This document shows, one piece after another, positions 48,596-64,000 of a stretch of 64,000 nt of DNA. Numbering within the stretch: the first letter of the stretch is position 1; each line of letters starts with the position of its first letter. The position numbers were made by a program, and so were the translations under genes. The notes beneath the pieces are model-generated. The model saw nothing but the letters and a program-made list of their open reading frames with translations, was not told where the DNA came from and ran no database searches. Source of the DNA: Octopus sinensis (Eukaryota); contig NC_043018.1 in NCBI RefSeq assembly GCF_006345805.1, forward strand, positions 10,292,001 to 10,356,000. The letters are read 5' to 3'.

Positions 48596-51500
48596 AACAT
48601 ACCAGCCAAATTGACTACATCCTTACAAGGCAAAGGGAGAGATGGCTGCTTATAAATGCCAAAACCTTCCCAGGTGAAGAATGTACCCCACAACATAGAC
48701 TGGTAGTTTAGTGACTTTAGGATCAGGACTAGGAGGACAACCAGAAGACGACAAATATGGAGAAGAAGGATCTGGAAGCTTAAAGATCCTGCAAATGGAC
48801 AGAGATTTAGGGACATATTACTTGAAGCCTCTGACGAAGTAGAAGGGGATAGAGCATCACAGGGGGTAGAAGACAGCTGGACGTTTCTAAGGGACAACCT
48901 GCTGAGAGCCACTGACCAGATCTGTGGCTGGTGCAAAGTCCCCTCTCGACCTAGAATAACGTGGTGGTGGAACAATATTGTAGACAGGGCTATTAGAGAA
49001 AAGAGACAGGCTTGGAAGGTCTGGAAAAATGGGGGTAGCAGGGGATTGTATCAGACTGCCAAAAGAGAAGCTAGGAGACAGGTTTATTTAGCCAGAGGGG
49101 AAGCAGATAAGAAAAAATTTGCCAATGTTCTGCGCCGTGAGGACCAAAGACTGGAGGTGTTTCGTGTTGCAAGACAGTGTGTGAGAGAGAATCGTGATGT
49201 GGTAGGAGAGAAGTGTGTTCGCATGGAAGATGGTTCACTTGCGCTAAATGAGGATGCAAAGAGAGAGGTTTGGAGATGCCACTATGAAAGGTTGCTGAAT
49301 GAAGAAAATGAATGGGATAAAGAGAGTCTGCCGAATGTTGACCCAACAGAGGGACCAGCTATCCGAGTTGATAGTTCCATGGTAGCTAAGGCAATTAGAA
49401 GCATGAAGACAGGGAAAGCCCCAGGCCCATCAGGAATCACTGCTGAGATGCTCAAAATGTCTGGTAGTGTCGGCTATAGCCTAGTCACCCGTATAGTTAA
49501 TCAGGTGATACACAAAGGGGTCATACCCAATGACTGGTGTAGCAGTATAATAGTCAACTGCTACAAAGGTAAAGGTGATGCCCTAGATACAAATAACTAC
49601 AGAGGTATCAAGCTGTTGGACCAGGTGATGAAGGTTACGGAGAGGGTCATAGCCCAACTAATTAGAGAGAGAGTTAGTTTAGATGAGATGCAGTTTGGGT
49701 TTGTGCCAGGGAAAAGTACTACTGATGCTATATTCCTGGTAAGGCAGCTGCAGGAGAAATACCTAGCCAAAGATAAGCCCCTGTACCTGGCTTTTGTTGA
49801 CATGGAGAAAGCCTTTGACAGGGTCCCCCGATCCCTTATCTGGTGGGCAATGAGGAAACTAGGGATAGATGAATGGTTAGTGAGAGCTGTGCAAGCCATG
49901 TACAGGGACGCCGCTAGTAGGGTGAGGGTTGGAAATGTGTACAGTGAAGAATTCGGGTAGAGGTAGGGGTCCACCAAGGCTCAGTACTCAGCCCCCTCCA
50001 TTTATCTTAGTCCTCCAGGCAATAACGGAGGAATTCAAGACAGGATGCCCTTGGGAGCTCCTCTATGCTGATGACCTTGCTCTAATTGCTGAGTCGCTAT
50101 CAGAACTGGAGGAGAAGTTTCAGGTGTGGAAACAAGGATTAGAATCGAAGGGCCTCAGAGTCAATCTAGCTAAAACCAAAGTCGTAATCAGTAGGAAGGT
50201 AGACAAATCACAAACACCTTCAGGTAGATGGCCCTGCTCGATCTGTAGAAAAGGTGTAGTAGTAGAAACTCTATAAGATGCACCAAGTGTAAGCTATGGA
50301 CACATAAGAGATGCAGCAATGTCAAAGGAAGGCTAACTAGGAAGATGGTTTTTGTATGTGGCAGATGCTCAGGAACAATAAACACTGAAAATGCTCTGAG
50401 ACCAACTTCCGTCACTTTCCAGGGAGAAAAACTAGAAATAGTTGATAGTTTCCGTTACCTAGGTGACCAAGTCAGCAGCGGGGGCGGGTGTGCTGAAAGT
50501 GTAACTGCTAGAGTAAGAATAGCTTGGGCAATGTTCAGAGAGCTCTTACCTCTACTGGGACAAAAGGCCTCTCGCACAGAGTGAAAGGCAGACTGTATGA
50601 TGCATGTGTACGAACAGCCATGCTACATGGCAGTGAAACATGGGCCATGACTGCTGAGGATATGCGTAAGCTCGCTAGAAATGAAGCCAGTATGCTCCGA
50701 TGGATGTGTAATGCGGTACTCACACTCGGCAGAGTGTAAGTACCTGAGAGAAAAGCTGGACCTAAGAAGCATCAGTTGTGGTGTGCAAGAGAGACGTTTG
50801 CGCTGGTATGGTCATGTGGCGAGAATGGATGAAGATAGTTGTGTGAAAAAGTGCCACACCCTAGCGGTTGAGGGAACCTGTGGAAGAGGCAGACCCAGGA
50901 AAACCTGGGACGAGGTGGTGAAGCACGACCTCCGAACTTTAGGTCTCACTGAGGAAATGACTAGAGACCGAGACCTCTGGAAGTGTGCTGTGCGCGGAGA
51001 AGACCCGGCAGGACAAGTGAGTCCATAATCCCGTGGCTTCTACATGGGATGGAGCCAGCCTACGTATGCATACTTCCCTTCTTGGGACACAAAACTCTAC
51101 TTGTGAAGACGTGATGAGGCAAGTGAGGATCAGAATCGAAATCGATCAATGGAATTGCGGATGTGCTACCAGTGCCAGTGGCATGTCAAAACTCTGCTTG
51201 TGAAGACCCGTTGAGGCAAGTGACGATCAGAATCGAAATCGATCAATGGAAATCGATCATCAATGGAAATTGCAGATGTGTTACCAGTGCCGGTGGCATG
51301 TAAGAGAACTTTCCGTTTCGCGACCGTTGCCAGCACCGCCCCGTTTCGTGTCCGTTGCCAGCCTCGCCTGGCCCTCGTGCCGGTGGCACATAAAAAGCAC
51401 CATCCGTTCGTGGCCGTTTGCCAGCTCTGTCTGGCACCAGTGCGGGTGGCACGTAAAAAGCACCCACTACACTCACGGAGTGGTTGGCGTTAGGAAGGGC

Positions 51501-51634
51501 ATCCAGCCGTAGAAACACTGCCAGATTTGACTGGGCCTGATGAAGCCTTCTGGCTTCACAGACCCCAGTAGAACCGTCCAACCCATGCTAGCATGGAAAA
51601 CGGACGCTAAACGATGATGATGATGATGATGATG
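48596..51634 (+). mobile_element. 5'-truncated RTE-clade LINE (APE C-terminus, RT, Cys-rich region, 3'UTR, (GAT)n tail)
   Basis: SQIDYIL..QHRLV (APE end); NCYKGKGD..NYRGIKLL..QFGFVPGKSTTDAIF..FVDMEKAFDRV..HQGSVLSP..LLYADDL (RT); RLRWYGHV..GRGRPRKTW. A few frameshifts are present. Confidence 0.95.
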
Positions 51635-51654
51635 ACCCCAACACTTATTTTATG

Positions 51655-52075
51655 TTTAAAAAAAATTTTTTATATTTCATGTTTTTATATTTGTATATTT
51701 TGTATATATTTAAATATTTTTATATTTTATACTTTTTATATTATCCTATTTCTTATATTTTTATATTTTTCATATTTTTATATTTTTTATATTTTATATT
51801 TTTTATATTATCATATTTCTTATATTTCTATATTTTTCATATTTTTATATTTTTCATATTTTTATATTTTTTATATTATATTTCTTATATTTCTATATTT
51901 TTCATATTTTTATATTTTTCATATTTTTATATTTTTTATATTTTTATATTTTTATATTTTATATTTTTTATATTTTTATATTTCATATTTTTTATATTTT
52001 ATATTTTTTGTATTATCATATTTTATATTTTTATATTTTTTATATTGTATATTTTTCATATTTTTATATTTCATA
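51655..52075. repeat. AT-rich tandem (ATATTTTT-like) low-complexity array
   Basis: Seen directly. Confidence 0.9.
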
Positions 52076-52713
52076 TAAAAATACCTTAGGAATGAGAACC
52101 CAGGTTCAAAATTTCCCCAGCCAAAACGTTGTGTTAACAACAAACAAGATGAGGACAAATATCCATCAAATGTAAATAATGTAAATAATGAACATAATTC
52201 CTTGTCTCCTAAATATAGAACTGCAATGGAAACGTTTGCATTGGTATGGTCAGGTACTACGGATGGATGAGGAGAGATGTGTGAAGAAGTGCCATTCCCA
52301 AACTGTTGAAGGAATCTGGGGTAGAGATAGACCCAGGAAGACATGGGACGAGGTGGTCAAGCATGACCTTCGTATGCTGGGCCTCACAGAGGCTATGACG
52401 AAAGACCGAGACCTCTGGAGATATGCTGTGACTTGTAGTTAAGATACCCGTGCCGGTGACACGTAAAAGCACCACCTGATCATGGCCTCTTGCCAGCCTG
52501 CTCTGGCCCCTGCGCCAGTGGCACGTAAAAAACACCCACTACACTCACGGAGTGGTTGGCGTTAGGAAGGGCACCCAGCTGTAGAAACACTGCCAGATCA
52601 GACTGGAGCCTGGTGCAGCCTCCTGGCTTCCCAGACCCTGGCCGAACCGTCCAACCCATGCCAGCATGGAAAACGGACGTTAAACGATGATGATGTTGAT
52701 GATGATGATGATG
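52076..52713 (+). mobile_element. Chimera: family H1 element (hammerhead core deleted) fused to an RTE 3' end
   Basis: H1 sequence runs to aaatatagaactg (52223), then RTE KRLHWYGQV..RPRKTWDEVVKHDLR, 3'UTR and (GAT)n tail. Confidence 0.8.
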
Positions 52714-52844
52714 AATGGCATGTTGTATGAAACTTAAAACTCCTGATTTAATCAACTAAAGAGTGAAAAAACCTTGTTGGAAAAGCACCAATTCTGAAAG
52801 TGGTCCATAGTAGGGGTAGTTGCCTCCCTTGTTTCCCCTTCAGC

Positions 52845-56520
<3,676 letters not shown>

Positions 56521-56525
56521 AGTAT

Positions 56526-56573
56526 CCAATAATGGCGCCATTGATTTCAAGTAATCTTTACAAGTTTATAAAA
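56526..56573 (+). promoter_or_regulatory. CCAAT and TATAAAA boxes upstream of the secreted-peptide gene
   Basis: CCAAT at 56526-56530 and TATAAAA at 56567-56573, 73 nt before the ATG. The TSS is not known. Confidence 0.4.
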
Positions 56574-56645
56574 ACCTTTGTGAGTCTTTAATTGAAGAAA
56601 CGTCAGAACACAGAGAATAATTTCAATAGAAGGAACTGGTGAATT

Positions 56646-56730
56646 ATGGCGGAACACAAATTGCTTGTTTCTTTGATTCTGACCATTCTGAGTTTGGATT
56701 TTGTCATCTTGGTGGAAAGTCAGGCAGCAT
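56646..56730 (+). CDS. Signal-peptide exon of an unrecognised secreted Cys-rich protein
   Basis: MAEHKLLVSLILTILSLDFVILVESQAA plus 1 nt, then |GTAAGA (phase 1). It has a hydrophobic core and small-residue cleavage region. Confidence 0.75.
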
Positions 56731-57125
56731 GTAAGATAACAGAATTCTTATTTTGCCATTCTTTGATATTTGTATTTGTGTGTGTGTGTGTGTGCGTGTG
56801 TGTGTGTGTGTGTGGTGTGTGTGTGTGTGTGTGTTACAAGGTTCCTAATAAGAAGTCGTGTGTTGAAACAGATATGGTTGCATTTTGGGACGGTCATTTC
56901 ATTTATTTTCTTTTGCCAAATAATTACACACACTGTATATTTTTTCTTCACTCATTTATTACTGTTCTTATTCTACACAAACACACACGTATGACTGGCT
57001 CCTCCTGTGCCGGTGGTACGTAAAAGTCACCCACAACACTCTCGGAGTGTCATGGTTAACATATAACAATACAAATCATAAACTGTAACATTCAGTCTGC
57101 TCTACTGAATCCATACACACATATA

Positions 57126-57545
57126 GGTGCAGGAGTGGCTGTGTGGTAAGTAACTTGCTAACCAACCACATGGTTCCAGGTTCAGTCCCACTGCGTGGCA
57201 TCTTGGACAAGTGTCTTCTGCTATAGCCCCGGGCCGACCAATGCCTTGTGAGTGGATTTGGTAGACAGAAACTGGAAGAAGCCTGTCGTATATATGTATA
57301 TATATATATATATAGTGTGTGTATGTGTTTGTGTGTCTGTGTTTGTCCCCCTAGCATGCTTGACAACCGATGCTGGTGTGTTTAAGTCCCCGTCACTTAG
57401 CGGTTCGGCAAAAGAGACCGATACAATAAGTACTGGGCTTACAAAGAATAAGTCCCGGGGTTGATTTGCTCGACTAAAGGCGGTGCTCCAGCATGGCCAC
57501 AGTCAAATGACTAAAACAAGGAAAAGAGTAAAGAGAAAAGAGATA
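57126..57545 (+). mobile_element. SINE family A
   Basis: Colinear with family A. Confidence 0.9.
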
Positions 57546-57784
57546 TAAAATATCTAAGAGTATATTTTTTGCCTCTGAAGATATGATGCTCCTGTCATAT
57601 AAATATAAATTTAATATTTACTTAATATTTCTTTAGTATTGATTGAAACAGCTGTAAGGAATGATGATTAATTTGCTGTTAATTATAAACAATTATTAAC
57701 TTCCCAATCTCCATTTTCTTTTTCTTCTTTTATATGAATATAAACTATATTTTTTTTTTACATATACACCTATTATTTTAAGGA

Positions 57785-58015
57785 AATTAATTCCCTAAAA
57801 ATACTAGGTATATATATATATACACACACACACATGCAAACATATAGACAAACAGATAGATAGATAAATACATACGTACATATATACATGTGTGTATGTA
57901 TATATATATATGTATACATATATGTATACATGTATGTGTGTATAAATTAATTCCCTAAAAATACTAGGTATATATACATATATATATATATATCTTGCAC
58001 AACAAATATTTAAAC

Positions 58016-58056
<41 letters not shown>

Positions 58057-58155
58057 TGCAAACATATAGACAAACAGATAGATAGATAAATACATACATA
58101 TATACATGTGTGTATGTATATATATATAAGTATACATGTATGTGTGTATAAATGA
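57785..58155. repeat. Local tandem duplication of a microsatellite-rich unit
   Basis: aaattaattccctaaaaatactagg occurs twice. The second unit carries atcttgcacaacaaatatttaaacgta, also seen at about 17773-17800. Confidence 0.7.
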
Positions 58156-59093
58156 GTGTGTGTGTGTATGTGTGTATCTGTATCATCATCATCATCTTCA
58201 TCATTCCTCACCATTCCTTGCTTTATTCAACGTTAGAAATTATTATCCATTATTAAATCTCTGATAATTTTAGTTTACAATCTGAAAAAAAAAATCTTAT
58301 CAAATTCTTCTACACACATTTCCTTCATATTTTTTTCTCTTTCTGTTTGGTTTCCATCAAATTCTTCAACATCCACTTCATCTTCTGCTCACCATTAATT
58401 CAATTTAACTCAAACATCAATTAATATTTTTCTCTGATATTTGTTATTCAATCAAATCACAAACGTTTGCATTGTGTATTTCACAGAACCTATTCTTGCT
58501 TTTCAAGTCTTAACCATTTCTTTAAAGAATTCCTTCTTGTCAATGGAAGTCAATGAATTCATAACAATAAACAGATGAGATATGTCTATCCAAGAGGTTC
58601 TCATGTTATTCGTTGTCGCTACTTCATAACATTATTCTCATTTTTACCTTTTACTTGTTTCTCTCCTTCGGCAGCGGCCATGTTGGGGCACTGCCTTGAT
58701 GATGGGATTTTAGTTGAATAAATTGACCCCAGTGATTTTTTTTTTGTTAAATCCTCGCATCTATTCTTATCAGTGTCTCATGCCAGACTGCTAAGTTAGA
58801 AGAACATAAATAAACCAACACTGGTTGTCAAGTGGTGGAGGGGAGAAACACAAACACAAAAACTCCCCACCACAGACACACAAAAATACATCATCATCAT
58901 CATCATCATCATTATCATCACCATCATTCAAGATCCTTCTTCCATGCTGGCATGGGTTGGACGGTTTGACAGGAGCTGGTCAGGCAGAAGACTGCCCCAG
59001 ACTTCTGTGTCTGTTTTGGTAGGGTTTTTAATGGCTGGATACCCTTACAAACACCAGCCACCCCGCAGAGTGGGGTATATATATATATATATT

Positions 59094-59512
59094 ACTCTTT
59101 TACTTGTTTCAGTCATTTCACTGCAGCCATGCTGGAGCACTGCTTAATAGTTGAGCAAATCGCCCCCAGAGCTTATTTTTTGTAAGCCTAATACATATTC
59201 TATTGGTATCTTTTGGCGAACTGCTAAGTTACGGGGACGTAAACACACCAGCATTGGTTGTCAAGCAATGCTGGGGGGACAAACAGACACACAAACATAT
59301 ACACACACACATAGGCAGATATATATATATATATATTTATATACATATACAACGGGCTTCTTCCAGTTTCCGTCTACCAAATCCACTCACAAGGCTTTGG
59401 TCGGCCCGAGGCTATAGTAGAAGACACTTGCCCAAGGTGCCACGCAATGGGAGTGAACCCGGGACCATGTGGTTGGTTAGCAAGCTACTTACCACACAGC
59501 CACTCCAGTGCC
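59094..59512 (-). mobile_element. SINE family A
   Basis: Colinear with family A. Confidence 0.9.
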
Positions 59513-59514
59513 TA

Positions 59515-60592
59515 TATCATCATCATCATCATCATCGTTTAACGTCCGCTTTCCATGCTAGCATGGGTTGGACGGTTCAACTGGGGTCTGGGAAGCCAGA
59601 AGGCTGCACCAGGCCCAGTCTGATCTGGCAGTGTTTCTACAGCTGGATGCCCTTCCTACCGCCAACCACTCCATGAGTGTAGTGGGTGCATTTTACGTGC
59701 CACCGGCACAGGTGCCAGACGAGGCTGGCAAACGGCCATGATCAGATGGTGCTTTTTACGTGCCACTGGCATGGGGACCAGACAAAGCTGGCAACGGCCA
59801 CAGTCGGATGGTGCTTTTTACATGCCACCGGCACGGAGGCCAGTCGGGTGGCGCTGGCTATGGCCACGTTCAGATGGTTCTCTTATGTGCCACCGGCACT
59901 GGTATCACAGCTACAAATTCCATTGATGTTGACAGATTACGATTTTGATTTTGATTTTCACTTGCCTCAACAGGTCTTCACAAGTGGAGTTTTGTGTCCC
60001 AAGAAGGAAAGTAATGCATAAGTGGGCTGGCTACATCCCAGGTATAGGCCACGGGATTATGGCCTCACTTGTCCTGCCGGGTCTTCTCACGCACAGCATA
60101 CTTCTAAAGGTCTCGGTCTCTAGTCATTTCCTCGGTGAGACCTAAAGTTCGAAGGTCGTGCTTCACCACCTCGTCCCAGGTTTTCCTGGGTCTACCTCTT
60201 CCACAGGTTTCCTCAACCGCTAGGGTATAGCACTTTTACACACAACTATCTTCAGCCATTCTCGTCACATGACCATACCAGCGCAAACGTCTCTCTTGCA
60301 CACCACAACTGATGCTTCTTAGGTCAAACTTTTCTCTCAAGGTATTTACACTCTGTCGAGTATGAACACTGACATTACACATCCATCAGAGCATACTGGC
60401 TTCATTTCTTGCAAGCGTATGCATATCCTCAGCAGTCACGGCCCATGTTTCACTACCATGTAGCATGGCTGTACGTACACATGCATCATACAGTCTGCCT
60501 TTTACTCTGAGCGAGAGGCCTTTTGTCACCAGCAGAGGTAAGAGCTCTCTGAACTTTGCCCAGGCTATTCTTACTCTAGCAGTTACACTTTC
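59515..60592 (-). mobile_element. RTE LINE 3' fragment (ORF end plus full 3'UTR)
   Basis: Matches 50500-51634. Confidence 0.9.
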
Positions 60593-60904
60593 GATATATA
60601 TATTAAAATTTATAGGACAAAAAGATGGAATGAACAGGCTTTAATTGAAATCACAACAATTGTTTCTGTACATTAATAACAGCTGTTGCTGAGTTTTCCA
60701 TATCATAAATATTATTTTATTATATAAATATGATCCAGCAAACAGTAGCGTATGGTTGCCAGTAACTGTAGAGGAGCTTTGATATGTACATTATAAGGTT
60801 ATTACCTACATGATATTAAATTACATACATATACACATACAAACACACATACATACACAGATACACACATACATACATACATACACACATACACACATAC
60901 ATAC

Positions 60905-60935
<31 letters not shown>

Positions 60936-60962
60936 TACTACATACATACAACACATACACAT

Positions 60963-60999
<37 letters not shown>

Positions 61000-61947
61000 T
61001 ACATACATACATACATACATACATACTGTTGATTTCATGTTGAGAGTGTGAAAGAAACTGGTGCAGATTCTCCAAATCCAATCTATGAGTGGCACAATAA
61101 AGATCTGTAAGATATTCCAAAATTTCTCCAGCCGAGATTCTTTAGGTGAATAGATGCACACACCAACTCAACCACATATTTATAAACGCTGGGGTCTCTC
61201 TTAACTGAAGTAGTCTTGTCGCTTTGTTAGCGACCGGCTTGAGCCCTCTCAGAAACTGAAATAAAACTCAAAGAAAATCATACATTCATACACACACACA
61301 CCTCTCTGCAGGGATGATGCATTGGCAATATCAAGAGAGGCAAACAGCCATACACTAGATAGGCTTAGAAAGGGCCTCACCGGCACCATGAATTCCTTTG
61401 GACTGAAGGCTATGATGGTGGATTTCCTTATGTGACCCTGGACTTGGAGTCTGGTGCCTATAGAGGACCAGTCACCATATTTCATTCCATATTGACTACC
61501 TCTGACGAGTGTAGGGTTATCTAATCGGATTGTTACCTAACCCTCTGTTGTACCCCAAGTATGAAACTGATTGGTAAGATCAGCCATGATGGTAATATAA
61601 TACTGTACACTACGGATAATATATATACATACACACACACACATGAGCTTTTTTCAGTTTTCATCAACCACGTCCACTCATAAAGCTTTGATTGGCTCAG
61701 GGCTATCATAGAAGGCACTTATCCAAGATACTACACAGTGGGACTGGAATCAAGACCACATTGTTGAAAGGACTATTGTTATTACCTGTCTTAGCGAAGG
61801 TTGAGGTATTGTTTTCAGTTGTGTTTGTTTGTTTGTTCGTGGACAAGATATCTCAAGAACTGCTGAATGGATTCAGATGAAACATCATCATCATCATCAA
61901 CGTCATCATCAGTGCTAATATTTTTAATATTTTACTCTTTCTTTCAG

Positions 61948-62055
61948 GTAAGGAATGCTTCAATGGTAAAAATGATTGTTCAAATGTGTACCCATGTGGT
62001 AACCATGCTCTCTGCTTCACCGACGGAACATTATACTGCATTGAACCCATCATAG
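61948..62055 (+). CDS. Six-cysteine module exon of the secreted protein
   Basis: tttactctttctttcag| (T)GT=C KECFNGKNDCSNVYPCGNHALCFTDGTLYCIEPII g|GTAAGT. It is 108 nt, phase 1-1 and open in the frame set by exon 1. Confidence 0.8.
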   Translation, partial: VRNASMVKMIVQMCTHVVTMLSASPTEHYTALNPS

Positions 62056-62103
62056 GTAAGTAGACTCTTCCAATCTAATAGAGTGGGCTGTTCCATTTTA
62101 TAT

Positions 62104-62330
62104 ATACAAGGGAGTACTGAAAAGTCCCTGGATTTGGATAAACGAATATATAGGATGATCAGTTGATTATGATTTTATCCAACATATTCCCCTCTCAGAT
62201 TCATACACTTATTTATTGTGGTGGTCCTTCAGTTTTTCTAAGTCCTAAAAAGGAACTTGGAAGGTCGCGTCTCCAACTAGACCTTTCATGATACCCTCGA
62301 AGCAGGAATTCTTCAGCACCCCCCCCCTCA
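62104..62330. mobile_element. Mariner-like terminal fragment
   Basis: agggagtactgaaaagtccctgg..., resembling mariner TIR ends. Assigned by recognition only. Confidence 0.5.
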
Positions 62331-62427
62331 TACATGCAGAACTTTAGAAAACAGTAGCAAATGGAGTGGGGAGGCGACAGGTAGGTCAGATAAATTAAAT
62401 TAAGGTTGATCATTGAGATATGTACAT

Positions 62428-62990
62428 AGGTGCAGGTGTGGCTGCGTGACAAGAAGTTTGCTTCTCAACAACAGGGTTCTAGGTTCAGTCCCACTGTGTG
62501 GCACCTTGAGCAAATGTCTTCTACTGTAGCCTTTGGCTGACCAAAGCCTTGTGAGTGGACTTGCTAGATGGAAACTAAAGGAAGCCTGTTGCATATGTAT
62601 TCTTTTGTCTCTTTTACTTGTTTCAGTGATTTGACTGTGGCCATGCTGGAGCAAAGCGTTTTAGTCGAACAAATCGACACCAGGGTTTATTTTTTTGTAA
62701 GCCTAGTTCTTATTCCGTTGGGCTCTTTTGCCGAACCACTAAGTTACGGGGACGTAAACACACCAACATCAGTTGTTAAGCAATGGTGAGAGAAGAAACA
62801 CAGACATGCAAACATATATATATATGACAGGCTTCTTTCAGTTTCCATTTACCAGATCTACTCACAAGGCTTTGGTCAGCCCGAGGCTATAGTAGAAGAC
62901 ACTTGCCCAAGGTGCCACGCAGTGGGACTGAACCTGGAGCTATGTGGTTGGATAAGGAAGCTACTTACCACACACCCACACCTGCACCTT
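62428..62990. mobile_element. Inverted pair of family A SINEs (+ 5' half 62428-62600; - near-full 62605-62990)
   Basis: Heads at both outer ends face inward. Confidence 0.8.
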
Positions 62991-63029
62991 ATATATATAT
63001 ATATAAACGAGTGTGACCATTGACAGAGT

Positions 63030-63505
63030 GGCTAACCGGGTTCCATGCCAGTGGCACTTAAAAGGCACCATTTGAGTGTGATCGTTACCAGCATCGCCTT
63101 ACTGGCACTTGAGCCCCGTGCTAGTAGGGTGCTAAGAGCACCATCCGAGCATGATCGTTGCCAGAGCAGCTAACTGGCCTACATGCTGGTGGCACATAAA
63201 AGGCAACATTCGAGCATGATCGTTACCAGTGTCGCCTTACTGGCACCTGTGCTGGTGGCATGTATAAAAAGATTTGAGCGAGGTCATTGCCAGTACCACC
63301 TGACTGGCCTGTGCCAGTGGCACATAAAAGCACACACTACACTCTCGGAGTGGTTGGCATTAGGAAGGGCATCCAGCTGTAGAAACTCTGCCAGATCTAG
63401 ATTGGAGTCTGGTGCAGCCATCTGGTTCGCCAGCCCTCAGTCAAATTGTTCAACCCATGCTAGCATGGAAAGCGGACGTTAAACGATGATGATGATGATG
63501 ATGAT
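63030..63505 (+). mobile_element. RTE LINE 3'UTR fragment (variant units)
   Basis: gtgcc..ggcac units and a (GAT)n tail. Confidence 0.8.
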
Positions 63506-63574
63506 ATATATATATACATATATGTATATATATATATATATATGTATTTATGTGTGTGTGCCTTTGTGTGTATC

Positions 63575-63785
63575 TTTGTATCCCACCATCACTAGACAAC
63601 CGGTGTTGGTGTGTTTACATCCTTATAACTTAGCAGTTAGAGGGGTGTAAGCAAAAGAGACCAATAGAATACATACCAGGCTTTAAAAATAGGTACTGGG
63701 GCCAATTCTTCAAGGCAGTGCTCCAGCATGGTCACACTCTAATGACTGAGACAACTAATAGATAAAAGGTTAAAGATATACATAC
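63575..63785 (+). mobile_element. SINE family A 3' part (diverged)
   Basis: Matches the family A 3' half. Confidence 0.7.
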
Positions 63786-64000
63786 ACACAAAAAAATCGT
63801 CTTCAGATGTGGATTTAATTTTTTCATATGTGTCTACAAAAGTGGAAAAATTGATGCCTGTTGATCTGATGATCCAGCCTTCTGTATCTGCATTGGCTTG
63901 TAAAATATACAATAGTACTATGCAGTTTATAGCTTATATGTAAAATAATGCATTATACATTAAAATAAAGTATTTTTACATGATATCAACTGGTAAAATA

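Noticed and set aside
51537-51560. CTGATGA-AGCC..GGCT hammerhead-like motif
   Set aside because: No GAAA; other copies read ctggtgcagcc, so it is a chance mutation in the RTE 3'UTR.
56578-56606. tgtgagtc..ga-a-gaaacgtcag hammerhead-like motif
   Set aside because: The core is incomplete and stems are 2 bp or less; likely coincidental in the promoter/5'UTR.
58300-58400. Acidic minus-strand frame AEDEVDVEEFDGNQTEREKNMKEMCVEEFDK
   Set aside because: Short, with no clear splice sites or start, and compatible with purine-biased noncoding sequence.
61249-61485. 78-aa minus-strand ORF in non-microsatellite sequence
   Set aside because: No recognisable domain, and the plus-strand acceptor at 61311 is closed in the phase needed for the secreted gene; probably an old TE remnant.
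63808-63945. Candidate third exon of the secreted gene (cttcag|AT GTG GAT...)
   Set aside because: Open in phase 1 but with a weak polypyrimidine tract and no informative sequence; cannot be supported without transcript data.

Overview
AT-rich, microsatellite- and transposon-saturated animal genomic DNA, most likely a coleoid cephalopod (Octopus-like; inferred from the repeat content, not proven). Two host genes can be assembled by hand, both on the + strand. (1) TMEM258, an 80-aa OST subunit: ATG-only exon at 5141-5143, exons 23983-24095 and 32845-32971, an 8.7-kb U12-type intron and a probable 3'UTR exon near 34740. (2) An unrecognised secreted cysteine-rich peptide gene: signal-peptide exon 56646-56730 and a symmetric 108-nt six-Cys exon 61948-62055, incomplete at the 3' end. 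The rest is dominated by several tRNA-headed SINE families, many 3' fragments and one 3-kb copy of an RTE LINE, a CR1-like and a HERO-like fragment, a hAT transposase fossil with nested insertions, and Helitron-, hAT-, piggyBac- and mariner-type non-autonomous elements. At least four distinct small-element families carry Penelope-type minimal hammerhead ribozyme motifs. One of them is joined to a tRNA-like head, and a subfamily of it appears to carry an RTE tail, with the ribozyme deleted in the one copy where that region is visible. Repeat boundaries are manual estimates (about +/-10 nt) unless a TSD is given.
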